This document shows, in pieces, positions 13,679 through 26,028 of a stretch of DNA of 64,000 nt. The notes beneath the pieces were generated by a model. It was given only the letters and a program-made list of their open reading frames with translations. It was not told where the DNA came from and did no database searches. Source of the DNA: Octopus vulgaris (lineage: Eukaryota); assembly GCA_951406725.2 (NCBI GenBank), contig OX597814.1, positions 3,472,001-3,536,000 of the forward strand, written 5' to 3'. Position numbers and translations under genes: made by a program. Numbering within the stretch: position 1 is the stretch's first letter; each line of letters opens with the position of its first letter.

Positions 13679-13754
13679 CCGGTTGTGAAGTGTTGTTCCG
13701 GTTGTGAAGTGTTGTCCCGGTTGTGAAGTGTTGTCCCGGTTGTGAAGTGTTGTA
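13679..13754. repeat. 19-bp minisatellite x4 (CCGGTTGTGAAGTGTTGTY)
   Basis: Four near-identical tandem units. Confidence 0.9.
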
Positions 13755-15350
13755 AATGCGTAGATGCAGGCGAGTGGGAGATATGGTGTTGTTAGAGTTA
13801 TGTTTAATCATGTTTGTGGATATTGTTGTGCGGTACTGAGTGGATGAGACAGTGTTGTTAGAATGGTCGGATTATTTTTATACCTGAGATGCAAATTTTT
13901 TTGTACAGATGCAAAAATATGCGGGATGTTCATCACTGGCACGTCATTCCTCATAAGCCTGTTTAATCATGATTGTCCTGGGACTAAACAACGACAAGAA
14001 CATCTACTACTACTACTCTTACTACCACCACTACACTTTGTGTAACATATTTTTGGAAAAACATTTGATACACCCGTGATAACATAAGGCGTTCAGCTTA
14101 TATGGTAGTTTAAATTACTCTGAAAAAGCTTCGAGCTGATTTCTACCGGTCTTTAGCCAGATTTGAACTCCTTATTCTCAGCTAAAAATACACTATCTTC
14201 ATACAGCACATAATTTTGACGCAAACTTTTTAACCACACAGCCATGTCTGCGCCTATGTTTCCCTAATGTAACCACTTCTCTCTGCTAATGCTATTGTGC
14301 GCAACAAACCCTGCTTCCAATATTTCTTTCTACCACATCTCTTTCCAGCTAAATTTCTTAACAAAAGAAATCCCGACAGAATACGTGCAGAAGAAGAAAA
14401 TAACAATGTGAGGTACTCATAGATATTATTGACGTCAGCGAAGGGAAATATTATAACAGAGAAATGTAACTGCGTTGAGGTGATACTTCACTAGTTAACT
14501 ACCTTCAGACGTCCCCTCAGTTTTCAGGAATGAAGTGTGAGTTGTTAGGATGGTGTTGCAGTTGTGTCTGAAGTGAGGGAGAGAAAAAGAAAGAGACGGG
14601 AAGAGAATATTGTTAGAGTGGTGTTTTAATTGTGTTATGGAGTGTTGTAGCTGAGTTTGCGGGGGAATGGGTGACGTTGTATACCAGTGAGGGATCAATA
14701 CAATTGATTTTTTAATGTTTGGAGTGGACAACATAACGGAAACAATGGTAAGTTACGGCAATCACGCTTGTACTATAAAAAAAGTTAAGATGCAGTAACA
14801 AGTAGGAATTAAAATCATTGGGCGTAAAAGGCACTTGGAGAGGTTATCAGCCACTCTAATGTATTCACTGGGTAAGCCGTAGAGCGATATTGATATATAT
14901 ATATACATGCCTGCATACATACATAATAAATACATATTGATATATGTGTGTATTGTGGGGAGGGAGAAAGAGAGAGAGAGAGAGGGTCAGAGACAGACAG
15001 ACAGACAAATAGATAGGTACACACAGACATATATAACTTCCTGTGCATTTATCCATCATCTACTTATCTATCTACCGAGAGTGTAAAAATAATAAACATT
15101 AAGAACAAAGTTTGACAGAAATGGAATTCGTTTAACATTTCAAAAAAGAGAAAGAGAACATTCTTAACGTTTCAGACGTAAGTCATTCATCGGAAAGAAA
15201 GGAAAAGTAAAAGAGAGATATAGGAAGTGAGTGAAAGAAATGGTGAACGTATTGAAAGAGTGAGAACGATTTATATCTATCTGTCTATCTATCTATCGAC
15301 CTTTAGTTATTATATCAATTTATAGATATATGTATGCATATATATGTATG

Positions 15351-15383
<33 letters not shown>

Positions 15384-15418
15384 ATACATATATATATTTG
15401 TGTGTGTGTGTGTATGTA

Positions 15419-15494
<76 letters not shown>

Positions 15495-15659
15495 TACATA
15501 TATATATGTGTGTATGTGTGTATATGTATATATATATATGTGTGTGTGTGTGTAGAATATATACGCATACACACACGTACGGGCGCACTCATATATATAT
15601 GTATGCATATGTATGTGCATGTATACACATACACACACACACACACGTGCACACACACA

Positions 15660-15743
<84 letters not shown>

Positions 15744-15768
15744 ACAAGCAGACATTGAGGAGGAATGA

Positions 15769-15820
<52 letters not shown>

Positions 15821-16057
15821 CATAGCTGAATGTCCAATGAACCGTGCCATAAATTTTATACCATTTGTAACCAATGAAGCAACTTATCACTCGCAGCTGA
15901 CCATTGAAAACCAATATTGCGCAGAAATTATGAAAATGTCGGCTGGAAAGATTTTTATGAGTGATCACTGACACCTGTCTATTGACTTCGGCATAGCTTC
16001 TTCCGCTCACATAATCAAGATCATCACAGCCAGATCAGCAGTTAAACATTAGTTACA

Positions 16058-16063
16058 TTAATG

Positions 16064-16142
<79 letters not shown>

Positions 16143-16267
16143 TAATAATGATAATAATAATAACAACAATAATAATAAAAATAATAATGATAATAATAAT
16201 AGAAATAATGATAATAATAATAATAATAATAATAATGACAATAGTAATAATAATAATATTAATAATA

Positions 16268-16346
<79 letters not shown>

Positions 16347-16464
16347 TAATAATAATAATAATAATAATGATAACAACAATAATAATAAAAATAATAATGA
16401 TAATAATAATAGAAATAATGATAATAATAATAATAATAATAATGACAATAGTAATAATAATAAT

Positions 16465-16516
<52 letters not shown>

Positions 16517-16552
16517 GTAATAGTAATAGTAATAATAATAATAGTAATAGTA

Positions 16553-16595
<43 letters not shown>

Positions 16596-16801
16596 TAAGA
16601 AGAACAACAACGACGATAACTTCGTTTCAGGGAGGTGATGGTGCACGTGGCGGAGCAACCGAAACTTTTATAAAATCATTCAAAAGATTAACCTAGTAGT
16701 GGTGATGATGATGATGATGATGGTGAGGAGGAGGAGGACGAAGAAGACGAGGAGGAGGAGGAGGGCCACGATGATGACGACGACGTTGATTAGGATCATG
16801 C

Positions 16802-16857
<56 letters not shown>

Positions 16858-17295
16858 AGTAGAAAGAAGAAGAAGAAGAAGGAAAGAAGAAGAAGAAAAG
16901 AAGAAGGAGGAGGAGGGGAAAAGAAGAAGGAGGAGGAGAAGAAGAAGAAGGAAAGAAGAAGGAAATAAGAAGGAAAGAAGAAGAAGAAGGAAAGTAGAAA
17001 AGAAGGAGGAGGAGGAGAAAAGAAGAAGGAGGAGGAGAAGAAGAAGAAGGAAAGAAGAAGGAAAGAAGAAGAAAGAAAGTAGAAAAGAAGGAGGAGGAGG
17101 AGAAAAGAAGAAGGGGGAGGAGAAGAAGAAGAAGAAGAAGATGAAGAAGAAAAGAAGAAGGAGGAGGAGGAGGAGAAGAAGAAGAAGAAGAAGAAGAAGA
17201 AGAAGAAGAAGAAGAAGAAGAATGCTAATAATAATAATGCTAATAACAATAATAATAATCATAATAATAATATTAATAATGATAATAATAATAAT
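16058..17295. repeat. Trinucleotide microsatellite block (AAT)n, (GAT)n, (TAG)n, (GAA/GGA)n
   Basis: Directly visible; source of the poly-L/I/F pseudo-ORFs. Confidence 0.95.
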
Positions 17296-17520
17296 TTCGT
17301 TTGAGAAGTTAGTAATGATTGAGTTATGGTTAATTAATTCCAGTTTACCTGTGATGGTAAATTGGAATAAATTTGGAGAAGTCCAACACGAGTTTCCTTC
17401 ATCTTCTTCTTCTTCTTCTGCGATAAGACATGGCGATATGTGGTTCTTTTCATGTGGGAAAAATTTGTGTTCTTCTCCATAACCGGAAATTTCTCAGATG
17501 TGTAGTGAGGCGTAGCAGTT

Positions 17521-17552
<32 letters not shown>

Positions 17553-17654
17553 AGTAGCGTGAGAGAGTTTATGTGAATGAGTGTGTAAATGTATGTGAAT
17601 GCGTGTGATGAGGAGAGGGAAAAAGAGGTAGAAGAGGGAGGAACAGTCGTACAT

Positions 17655-17683
17655 GCAGACAGACAGACAGAAAGGAAGATAGG

Positions 17684-17755
<72 letters not shown>

Positions 17756-17800
17756 CAGACTGAGAGATAGACAGACACACATACAGATAGACAGGCAGGC

Positions 17801-17883
<83 letters not shown>

Positions 17884-17991
17884 CAGATAGATAGACATCA
17901 GACAGACAGACAGACAGACAGATAGACAGGCAGAGAGACAGACAGGCAGGCAGGCAGAAAGACAGACATACTGAGAGACATAAGGACAGAC

Positions 17992-18076
<85 letters not shown>

Positions 18077-18095
18077 TATTGATAGATAGATTGAT
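17655..18095. repeat. (GATA)n/(GACA)n tetranucleotide array
   Basis: Directly visible; continues at 19297-19418 on the other side of the LINE. Confidence 0.95.
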
Positions 18096-19296
18096 AAGTT
18101 TCTTTATTGGCCACACAGGGCTGCACACAGATGGGACAAGTTACAAGGTAGAGCTTTTCTTTTGGGGGATGAAGAAAAACAAAAGACAAAAAACAAAAGA
18201 AAAAAAGGTGACGTAGGTTTTCGATCAAGAGGGATCGTAAAAGGGAAAAAATAAAAAAAAAAGAAAAGAGAAAAAGAAAAAAGGAAAAGGAACAAAAGAA
18301 AAGAAAAATGAAAAAAGAAGAAAAAAGCGGAAAAAAAGGGGAAGAGGAAAAAAAGAACGATCAATAGGGATCGTGTATCACAGTGTCATGATGTATGGTG
18401 TAAAGGGGAAAGCAAGTAAGGTTTATCCGTGGGAAGAAAAGCCTACGAAAAAGACCACTTGCCTCTCTACTCTCACTTTCCTTTTCAAGTGGTACTTGAA
18501 GAAGTTGATGAGAGATTGACCAGAGAGGAAAGTGTTTGTCTCCAATCCTTTCAGACGCGTCCACCAGATACATTCTTTCGTCATAGCCACAAGGATGATG
18601 AAAATAGCTCTTCCTTCCCGTTTGAAGGAAGGAGGCGTGACAATATTGACGATAGACTCAGCTGATAAACCGACTCGTCCCACACGTGACAGCAGTTGTT
18701 CGACATAAGCCCACAGGTCGGAAATTGTTGGACACTGCACGAGTGCGTGCAGAACGGTTTCGTCGCTCTGACCGCATCTCGGGCAGGTCGGCCCCGTGTT
18801 TCTGGAGCCGTGTCTGTAGAGCTTATCCCGAAAGGGTAACGCTTCTCGGTAGCACTGCCAGGCCATGGATCTCTGGAAGTTGTCTATGGGACCTGGCCCG
18901 AAAGTCGTCCCGAATAGGCGGGTCAGGTATTCCTCGTCGACGTCCAGGTTCGCCCTGAGCTCGTCGTCGTACCTCCCCTCCACTAATCCCCTATAGAATG
19001 CTTTGGTTGTGATGGAGTCACTCAAGGTCGACCCAGGACGGCAGAGTTGCTTGAGAGCAACGCGACACTCGCGGTGCCATTCGCCCTTCCTCGGCCTCTT
19101 TTTGATCCACGATTGCAGTTCGGTCATGGAGACGAGTTGCGGGAAAGCGTGCCTCACAAACAGCGACCACACCTGTTCACCGTCGTCTACGAAGAGCCTG
19201 AGATGTCGCAGTCTCAGCGCGTGTCTGCGCATCATCAACCACAGCATGCCCAGTCCTTCTTTTAACGGGTGTTGACAGCAAACGGATCGCCTGACC
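18096..19296 (-). mobile_element. 5'-truncated Tx1/L1-clade LINE (ORF2 C-terminus with zf-RVT) inside (GATA)n
   Basis: FQRSMAWQCYREALPFRDKLYRHG..CPRCGQSDETVLHALVQCP..LW; T-rich 3'UTR with AATAAA; (GATA)n on both sides. Confidence 0.85.
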
Positions 19297-19390
<94 letters not shown>

Positions 19391-19939
19391 GGATGGATGG
19401 ATAGATGGATGGATGGATAACGGAATTATACTCAGACAGATAGTGAGACAAACAGGGCAGACAAGTAAGACAAGCAGAAAAAACAGAGAGACAAAGAGAC
19501 ATATACAGAGAGAGAGACAGACATATTGGACATATAGGCATGGACTTAGATAGACAGACAGAGAGACAGAGGCATACAAATAAAAAGAGATATATAATAA
19601 TGGAGAAATTATACAAAATGTATAAATGGATAAAAGTATCTAAATAATGATACTGTCCAAGTATTTACAGCCTTCACAAGGTTTAAACCATTTAGTTTCG
19701 ACTTCATTAGCTTTCTCCCCCTTCTGACGAACGCCTTCTCAATTTTCGTTTTCACTTTTGTAGTTAGTACTCTGTTAGATCATAATACTCCTAATACTCT
19801 CAGTTTTACTTTCAATAAGAAAAAGCGTATCCTCTGCAACATTCATTGAGCACTCTTCTCTCATTCGTGCGCCAAAAGCTAACGTAGCGTAACTTAGCGG
19901 CTTAGCAAAAGAGATTGATAGAATAAGTACCAGGTGGAG

Positions 19940-20990
19940 CCCTGTCCTGTTGAAAAAGGCAGTCTTCATGTTCATTTGCAATGAGCTCATCCATTAGTCA
20001 GTTTTGAAGCATTTGCCAGTCACATTTCCCTCAAAGAAAAACGGGTCATGAAGATGCTTCTTGGAGATGGCGCAGAACACATTCACTTTTGGTGAGTCCC
20101 TCTTATTCTTTTGTAAGCCCAGTACTTATTCTATCGGTCTCTTTTGCCGAACCGCTAAGTAACGGGGACATAAACACACCAGCATCGGTGTCAAGCAATG
20201 CTAGGAGGACAAACACAGACACACAAACACACACACGCATATATATATATATATATACATATATACGACGGGCTTCTTTCAGTTTCCGTCTACCAAATCC
20301 ACTCACAAGGCATTGGTCGGCCCGGGGCTATAGCAGAAGACACTTGCCCAAGATGCCACGCAGTGGGACTGAACCCAGAACCATGTGGTTGGTAAACAAG
20401 CTACTTACCACACAGCCACTCCTGCTTATTGACTTTGACATCCATATGAAATGTGGCCTCATCACTGAAAAGAAAACATTCCTTGAACTCGGCTTCTTCG
20501 AGTTTCTCTTGCATATCAACACAGAATGGTTTGCACTTTCGCTTGTCATCTGCTGTTATGGCCTGAACGAGATGCAACTTGTAGGGTTTCGTTAGCAAGC
20601 GTTTCCTCGGAACGCGCCAAACTGTCATTGGAAGAGTTTGAGTTTCCCGACTTGTTTTTCTTATGAACTTCTTGGCAAACCCGCTCGACCGTCTCTTCCG
20701 AGGTTAGTGGTCCTCCAGATCCTTTTTCCCTGCACAGACAGCCTTCCTCTTTGAAGTTTTTGCACTATGTCCAAATCTGCATTGCCGTTGGTGACTTTTT
20801 AGACGCTGCATAGTCTTGTTCGACTGTGTTCGAGCATATTCCATCACACAAAACACCTTTATCTTTTCCACTGAATGCCATTTTTATACCTGAAAAGATA
20901 AACGTATTTAAAACATTAAACATAAAATTTTGACCTGTTTCTACACATTTGATGTTAAAATGTGAAGTCATTTGAACAAGAAATGGCAAA
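19940..20990 (-). mobile_element. Decayed IS630/Tc1/mariner transposon interrupted by a SINE
   Basis: VWRVPRKRLLTKPYKLHLVQAITADDKRKC...LFSDEATFH, resuming DSPKVNVFCAIS..PFFFEGNVTG after the SINE. Confidence 0.75.
20100..20424 (-). mobile_element. SINE family B nested in the transposon
   Basis: Family B head and body. Confidence 0.85.
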
Positions 20991-21078
20991 GTTATTAGAA
21001 TGCGAAATGATTGCAAATCTTTTGAAACACGCTGTGTGTATAATATATATATATATATATATTTATTTAGTTATATAC

Positions 21079-21111
<33 letters not shown>

Positions 21112-21252
21112 TGTATGTATGTATGTATGTATGTATGTATTTATATATATGTATGTATATATATATATACATATATATAATAAATATTAGGGAATAAATC
21201 CAAACTTACAGGGAAAAATCAGATTTAGGATTGAATCCAATTTTATAGTAAA

Positions 21253-21668
21253 ATATTATATTATATTAAATTAGAGACAAAATCACTATTAGGCAAATCA
21301 AACAATGAAAAACTTAAGCCAATACATAAGATTATTTAATTTATATTATTTAAATATGTAACAAAATTATTAAAAAAAATATAATTAATATCACACTACG
21401 ATCGTTTCATGCCTGCTGTCTTCAAATTTTTGAGTCGCAGTCATTCATCATGTGGTTTAAATATTTAAACCACATGATGAATGACTGCGACTCAAAAATT
21501 TGAAGACAGCAGGCATGAAACGATCGTAGTGTGATATTAATTATATTTTTTTTAATAATTTTGTTACATATTTAAATAATATAAATTAATCATATGTATT
21601 GGCTTAAGTTTTTCATTGTTTGATTTGCCTAATAGTGATTTTGTCTCTAATTTAATATAATATAATAT
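21253..21668. repeat. Spacerless palindrome, ~208-bp arms (inner 127 bp perfect), PLE-end fold-back
   Basis: Centre TTTAAAT|ATTTAAA at 21462/21463; flanked by (TA)n. Confidence 0.9.
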
Positions 21669-21670
21669 AC

Positions 21671-21743
<73 letters not shown>

Positions 21744-21779
21744 TGTATGTATGTATGTATGTGTGTGTGTATGTATATG

Positions 21780-22598
21780 TCTCCGAAACATCAGACTCAG
21801 CAATGTCACCCTGGTCTCGCGCCATTTCCGTTCTACCGATCATTCACTACAACACCCGTCTGTGTTCGGAATGCCTTTGCACAGGGGCCAACCGGACTCC
21901 CTCCTTCGCCGTGAACAGGAATTAGTCTTCCCTCTTCCCTCTTTTGCGCCATATGAGCTCAACTTCACTCCTCTCTTCATCTGACTCCCCTCTTCTCTCT
22001 TCACCTGACACCTAATTCCTCTCTTCACTCCTACCCACCTTCTCTCTTAATTGATAACCCCTCCACCAACACCATATCCTCACACACCCCACACTCCAAC
22101 ACCCCCCAACGCCACACCCCAACACCACTCCACACACACTAGCACTGACCACTCCCCAGCACCCAGACCACCCACCATCATCAGCACACTCACACAACAT
22201 CATCTGTAAACCTACACACCATCACCCACACACCAACACATAGTAGACTCACACACGTACACACGCACACATCCACACACGTCAAAGTCACTAGCCCCCA
22301 TCCACACACACACGTACAAAATATCACATGCACACATCCGCACGCGCACTTTCGTTTTGGGATCACCAATACTCTATTATCTCCCCTTCTTTCCACCTCT
22401 CATGTCAAACCTTTTTCTTCCAACCAGTCGCCCTGCTTCACCGCTAAATCCACAAGTATTTTTTTATTCTCTCTCTGCTTATTTTCTCTTATTCCTTTCT
22501 GATGAGGAGCGTAGGTTTGAAACGAACGTCAAACTAATACACCTGCTTGTCGTTCATGCGCCTGTCTTCGTCTTTTGTTTTTCTGTAAATATCAACTA
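21780..22598 (+). mobile_element. Penelope-like element 3' end (Neptune-like GIY-YIG C-terminus, CA-rich UTR, hammerhead motif)
   Basis: LRNIRLSNVTLVSRHFRSTDHSLQ..VFG...RREQELVFPLPSFAPYELN matches the PLE endonuclease tail (VARHF..H...RE..LIF.L.T..P.GLN); hammerhead motif at 22496-22533. Confidence 0.75.
22496..22533 (+). ncRNA. Minimal hammerhead ribozyme motif
   Basis: TTT-CTGATGA-G GAGC gtag GTTT-GAAA-C gaac G-TC-AAA; complete core, weak stems with G-U pairs. Confidence 0.6.
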
Positions 22599-22672
22599 TA
22601 TATACATACATACATACATACATACATACATACATACATACATACATACATACATGCATATATATATATGTA

Positions 22673-22774
22673 TATATTGAAAGGGCAAGACCGCTAGGTA
22701 GTCGGCCGTATGCTAGAAATAGATCTATTTCTAGCATACGGCCGACTACCTAGCGGTCTTGCCCTTTCAATATA
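22673..22774. repeat. Perfect 102-bp spacerless palindrome
   Basis: Centre AGA|TCT at 22723/22724; the ORF track shows the same peptide on both strands. Confidence 0.95.
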
Positions 22775-22858
22775 CACATGTATTAGAATTTTCTCTGATT
22801 TTTCAGATTTTTGTATGCTAGGCAACTGGTTTAAAATTAATATTAATTTATCTCCCTC

Positions 22859-22913
<55 letters not shown>

Positions 22914-23475
22914 TAATTACATGCATAATTATATCAAGGGATCGGCTATAGGCCTCTCGACATGCTAGAAAAATAGACGCCAAAAGACGCTATCATCACC
23001 TTAACAACTCCGAAAAATTAAACTGGGGCTGCCGTAGGGCAAAAGTTTGATAATGAATTAAACTTTTCGTTAAACGTGTACAAGATCCCGTTTCAAGCTT
23101 GAGGTAAATAAAATTATACCAACTGGTCTCTTCAGCAACGATGCTCCATAGCATATATTTACGAGTCTCTATACATACGTATACGAGCAACGACTTCGTA
23201 CATCAATATGTATACACAAACGTAAAAATATGCCATAATGTAGAATTCTCATCTCTCTTTTCATCCACGTGTAGTTTATCAAAACAACTCTGCAGTAAAT
23301 GCGTCTATTTTTCTAGCGGGTGGAGAGGCTTAAAGCCATTCCCTTGTTATAATCATGTATATAATTATTATAATATATGTAAAATTTACCTCTAAGATTT
23401 TTATTTCCGCGCTAACCTCTTGGTACAATCATAAATAATTTTTACCCTTTATTATAATATATAAATATATATATA

Positions 23476-23910
23476 TAAATTCTCAAATGCAAGATAATGC
23501 TAATAATATAGCCTGAACAGAATAAACGACCCCTATTTTGCAGAAAAAAGTGTTGGCGGCCAGTTGGCATTATCCTGCGTTTGAGAATTTAAAATTCACT
23601 TCTTTAACTTTCTAAGACATCTCAACGCTTCTACTTTGAATTTGACCTACGATAGCATCTCATAAATCGAGATTTCTATGTATCTTAAATTTGCGAAAGA
23701 ATTTGTGGTGAGAACAGATTAGCTTAATGGTTCAGAGCACCGCAACGCGTTATCACGGGGGTGTGAGTTCGTGTCTCATACCTGGCCGCCAACACTTTTT
23801 TTTGCAAAATAGGGGTAGATTATCCTATTCAGGGTATATTATTAGCATTATCTTGCGTTTGAGAATTTAAAAATTACTTCTTTAACTTCTAAGACATCTC
23901 AACGCTTCTA
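23476..23910. repeat. Composite inverted + direct repeat enclosing a tRNA-like segment
   Basis: 23476-23563 inverted vs 23782-23869; 23567-23633 direct vs 23845-23910; TAGCTTAATGG...GAGTTCG at 23717-23787. Confidence 0.7.
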
Positions 23911-23925
23911 AAGTAAACCATCGTT

Positions 23926-23959
<34 letters not shown>

Positions 23960-23990
23960 TTATACTAGGATAATTCATTCAACTACTTAA

Positions 23991-24042
<52 letters not shown>

Positions 24043-24794
24043 TATGCATGCATATACGGGTACAGGTCATGACCAACGTAAAAGAAAATGGAGAAAAGGA
24101 CAAGTAAATACAGAGAAAGGACCCTTCATCAGTTGTCGGCTGTCTGTGTACTCTTCATTTCGAACATTCAACGACAATATGAGTCTTCGAAGACAGTTGC
24201 TCCCATAAGTACGAAACTAAAATTTGGGATTTATGGAGGGGGGGGGGGTCAAAGTTGGGAACAAAAACAGGACAGTGGAGACATACAAGGAAACCGAACG
24301 AAAACAAGCATGGAGAGTCGTTAGACCAGAACGAGAGGAAAATAGTGAACGCTGGGAGAAATACGATTTTGAAAAGAGTAAAGATGGAAGAAGGGGAGAA
24401 AAACGTCCGGTCATTCGACTTTCCGTGCAGGAAGAGAAAGATGGACGACGGTCACGTATACACACATACACACACACATATACACATAATTTAAATGAAT
24501 AACAAGAAAGTGCAAGTCACTCCTGTACATCCTTGTTACTTATTTACATTCTATATATATATATATATATGTGTGTGTATGTGTGTGTGTGTGTGTGTGT
24601 ATAATCTAGGTAGATCATTCTCCTCTTGAAGTGCATTTGCGTACCCCACTACTCAAAAGTCATATGTAGATGTTCTATTTGTGTGAGGTAGACATAAAAG
24701 TTGAAAATACTGGCAAATGTTTTTTTTGCAGAGTAATTACGCAAGAAAACTGGAGATTTGAAAAAAAATTGGTATTATTTATTCCCTATTGTAC

Positions 24795-24985
24795 TTATTT
24801 CATTTGCGAACAAAGCAACAAAATCGTACATGTAGGTGAAACATGTAAGATATATCCAATTAGAGAAATTCTTCAGATACAGAATCAGGTGGTATTATTT
24901 GATTCTGTGAAGTATTTCTAACAGGAAATATCTCGCATGTTTCTCTTACATGTACAACTTTGTAGCTCGTATTAGCAAATGAAAC
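24795..24985. repeat. Old imperfect fold-back, ~85-bp arms (MITE-like)
   Basis: TTTCATTTGCGAA...CAGAATC vs GATTCTG...TTAGCAAATGAAA. Confidence 0.7.
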
Positions 24986-25116
24986 ATGTGGAATGGAGAA
25001 TATATAAAGCAAAAAAATTATTTCCAGTCTATTACTTTGATATGTATGTACGTGTGTGTTTGAATGTATGTATGTATGAATGTGCGTATGCATGTATGAA
25101 TGTACGTATGTATGTA

Positions 25117-25189
<73 letters not shown>

Positions 25190-25396
25190 AAACAAGAGAG
25201 ACAGAGACAAGCAGAAACAAGGAAAATGCCACTTGTATATGAAGGTTATACAAATATTCTTTTAAAAAACTTTTCTTTTAATTTTTCTAAATTTAATTGT
25301 TTAATTGTTACAATTGAAAAAGTCTCAATGACTGAAACCGGTACTGAAATGTTTTTTTATAAAATTATTTTAGCATTTTCTATCTTGACTTTTTTC

Positions 25397-25464
<68 letters not shown>

Positions 25465-25992
25465 CGTTTTCACATCAACATTAGAACTTAACATTTTATA
25501 AAAGCTAGTGGTAGTAATTTTATACGTAAGGTTATGCCAAAGGAGAAGTTACTTTTTAAGAGTCACAGTAAATAGATTAGAGACTAATTTAGTTAATCGT
25601 AATATTTATTCCATAATTAATCCATTATATACAATATTATGCTCAATCAGATCTTCCTAATTTCGAAATACTTCGTCTTTTAAGACTTTCAACAACTCAA
25701 ATGCTTCAACTACGGCTTCTTATTCACGAGTCTTTTATTACGTATCAACGATTCCAAGTGTTTGAGAAGATGGTAATCCGTTGAAGAGATGTCAGTGAGT
25801 AATGAAGAAGGTCTGGCATAAATTTCGTAACCAATCTCTTTGAATTTCTAACATTGATTTGAAAATGTGTGGTGAGGTATTATTATTATTATGCATCTTT
25901 CTTGGTTAATCATTTTTGACTGTTATGATACCAGTTCCTTATCAACATCGTCCATTTTTTACTGTCCATCTTTATTGCAAACTTGTAATAAT

Positions 25993-26025
<33 letters not shown>

Positions 26026-26028
26026 AAA

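Noticed and set aside
16053-17262. Long ORFs (poly-L, poly-I, poly-F/R) and all [12 protein letters not shown] ORFs elsewhere
   Set aside because: Translations of stop-free microsatellites; no protein information.
18423-19616. 397-aa ORF as a host gene
   Set aside because: The N-terminus is (TCTA)n read-through; the rest is LINE ORF2.
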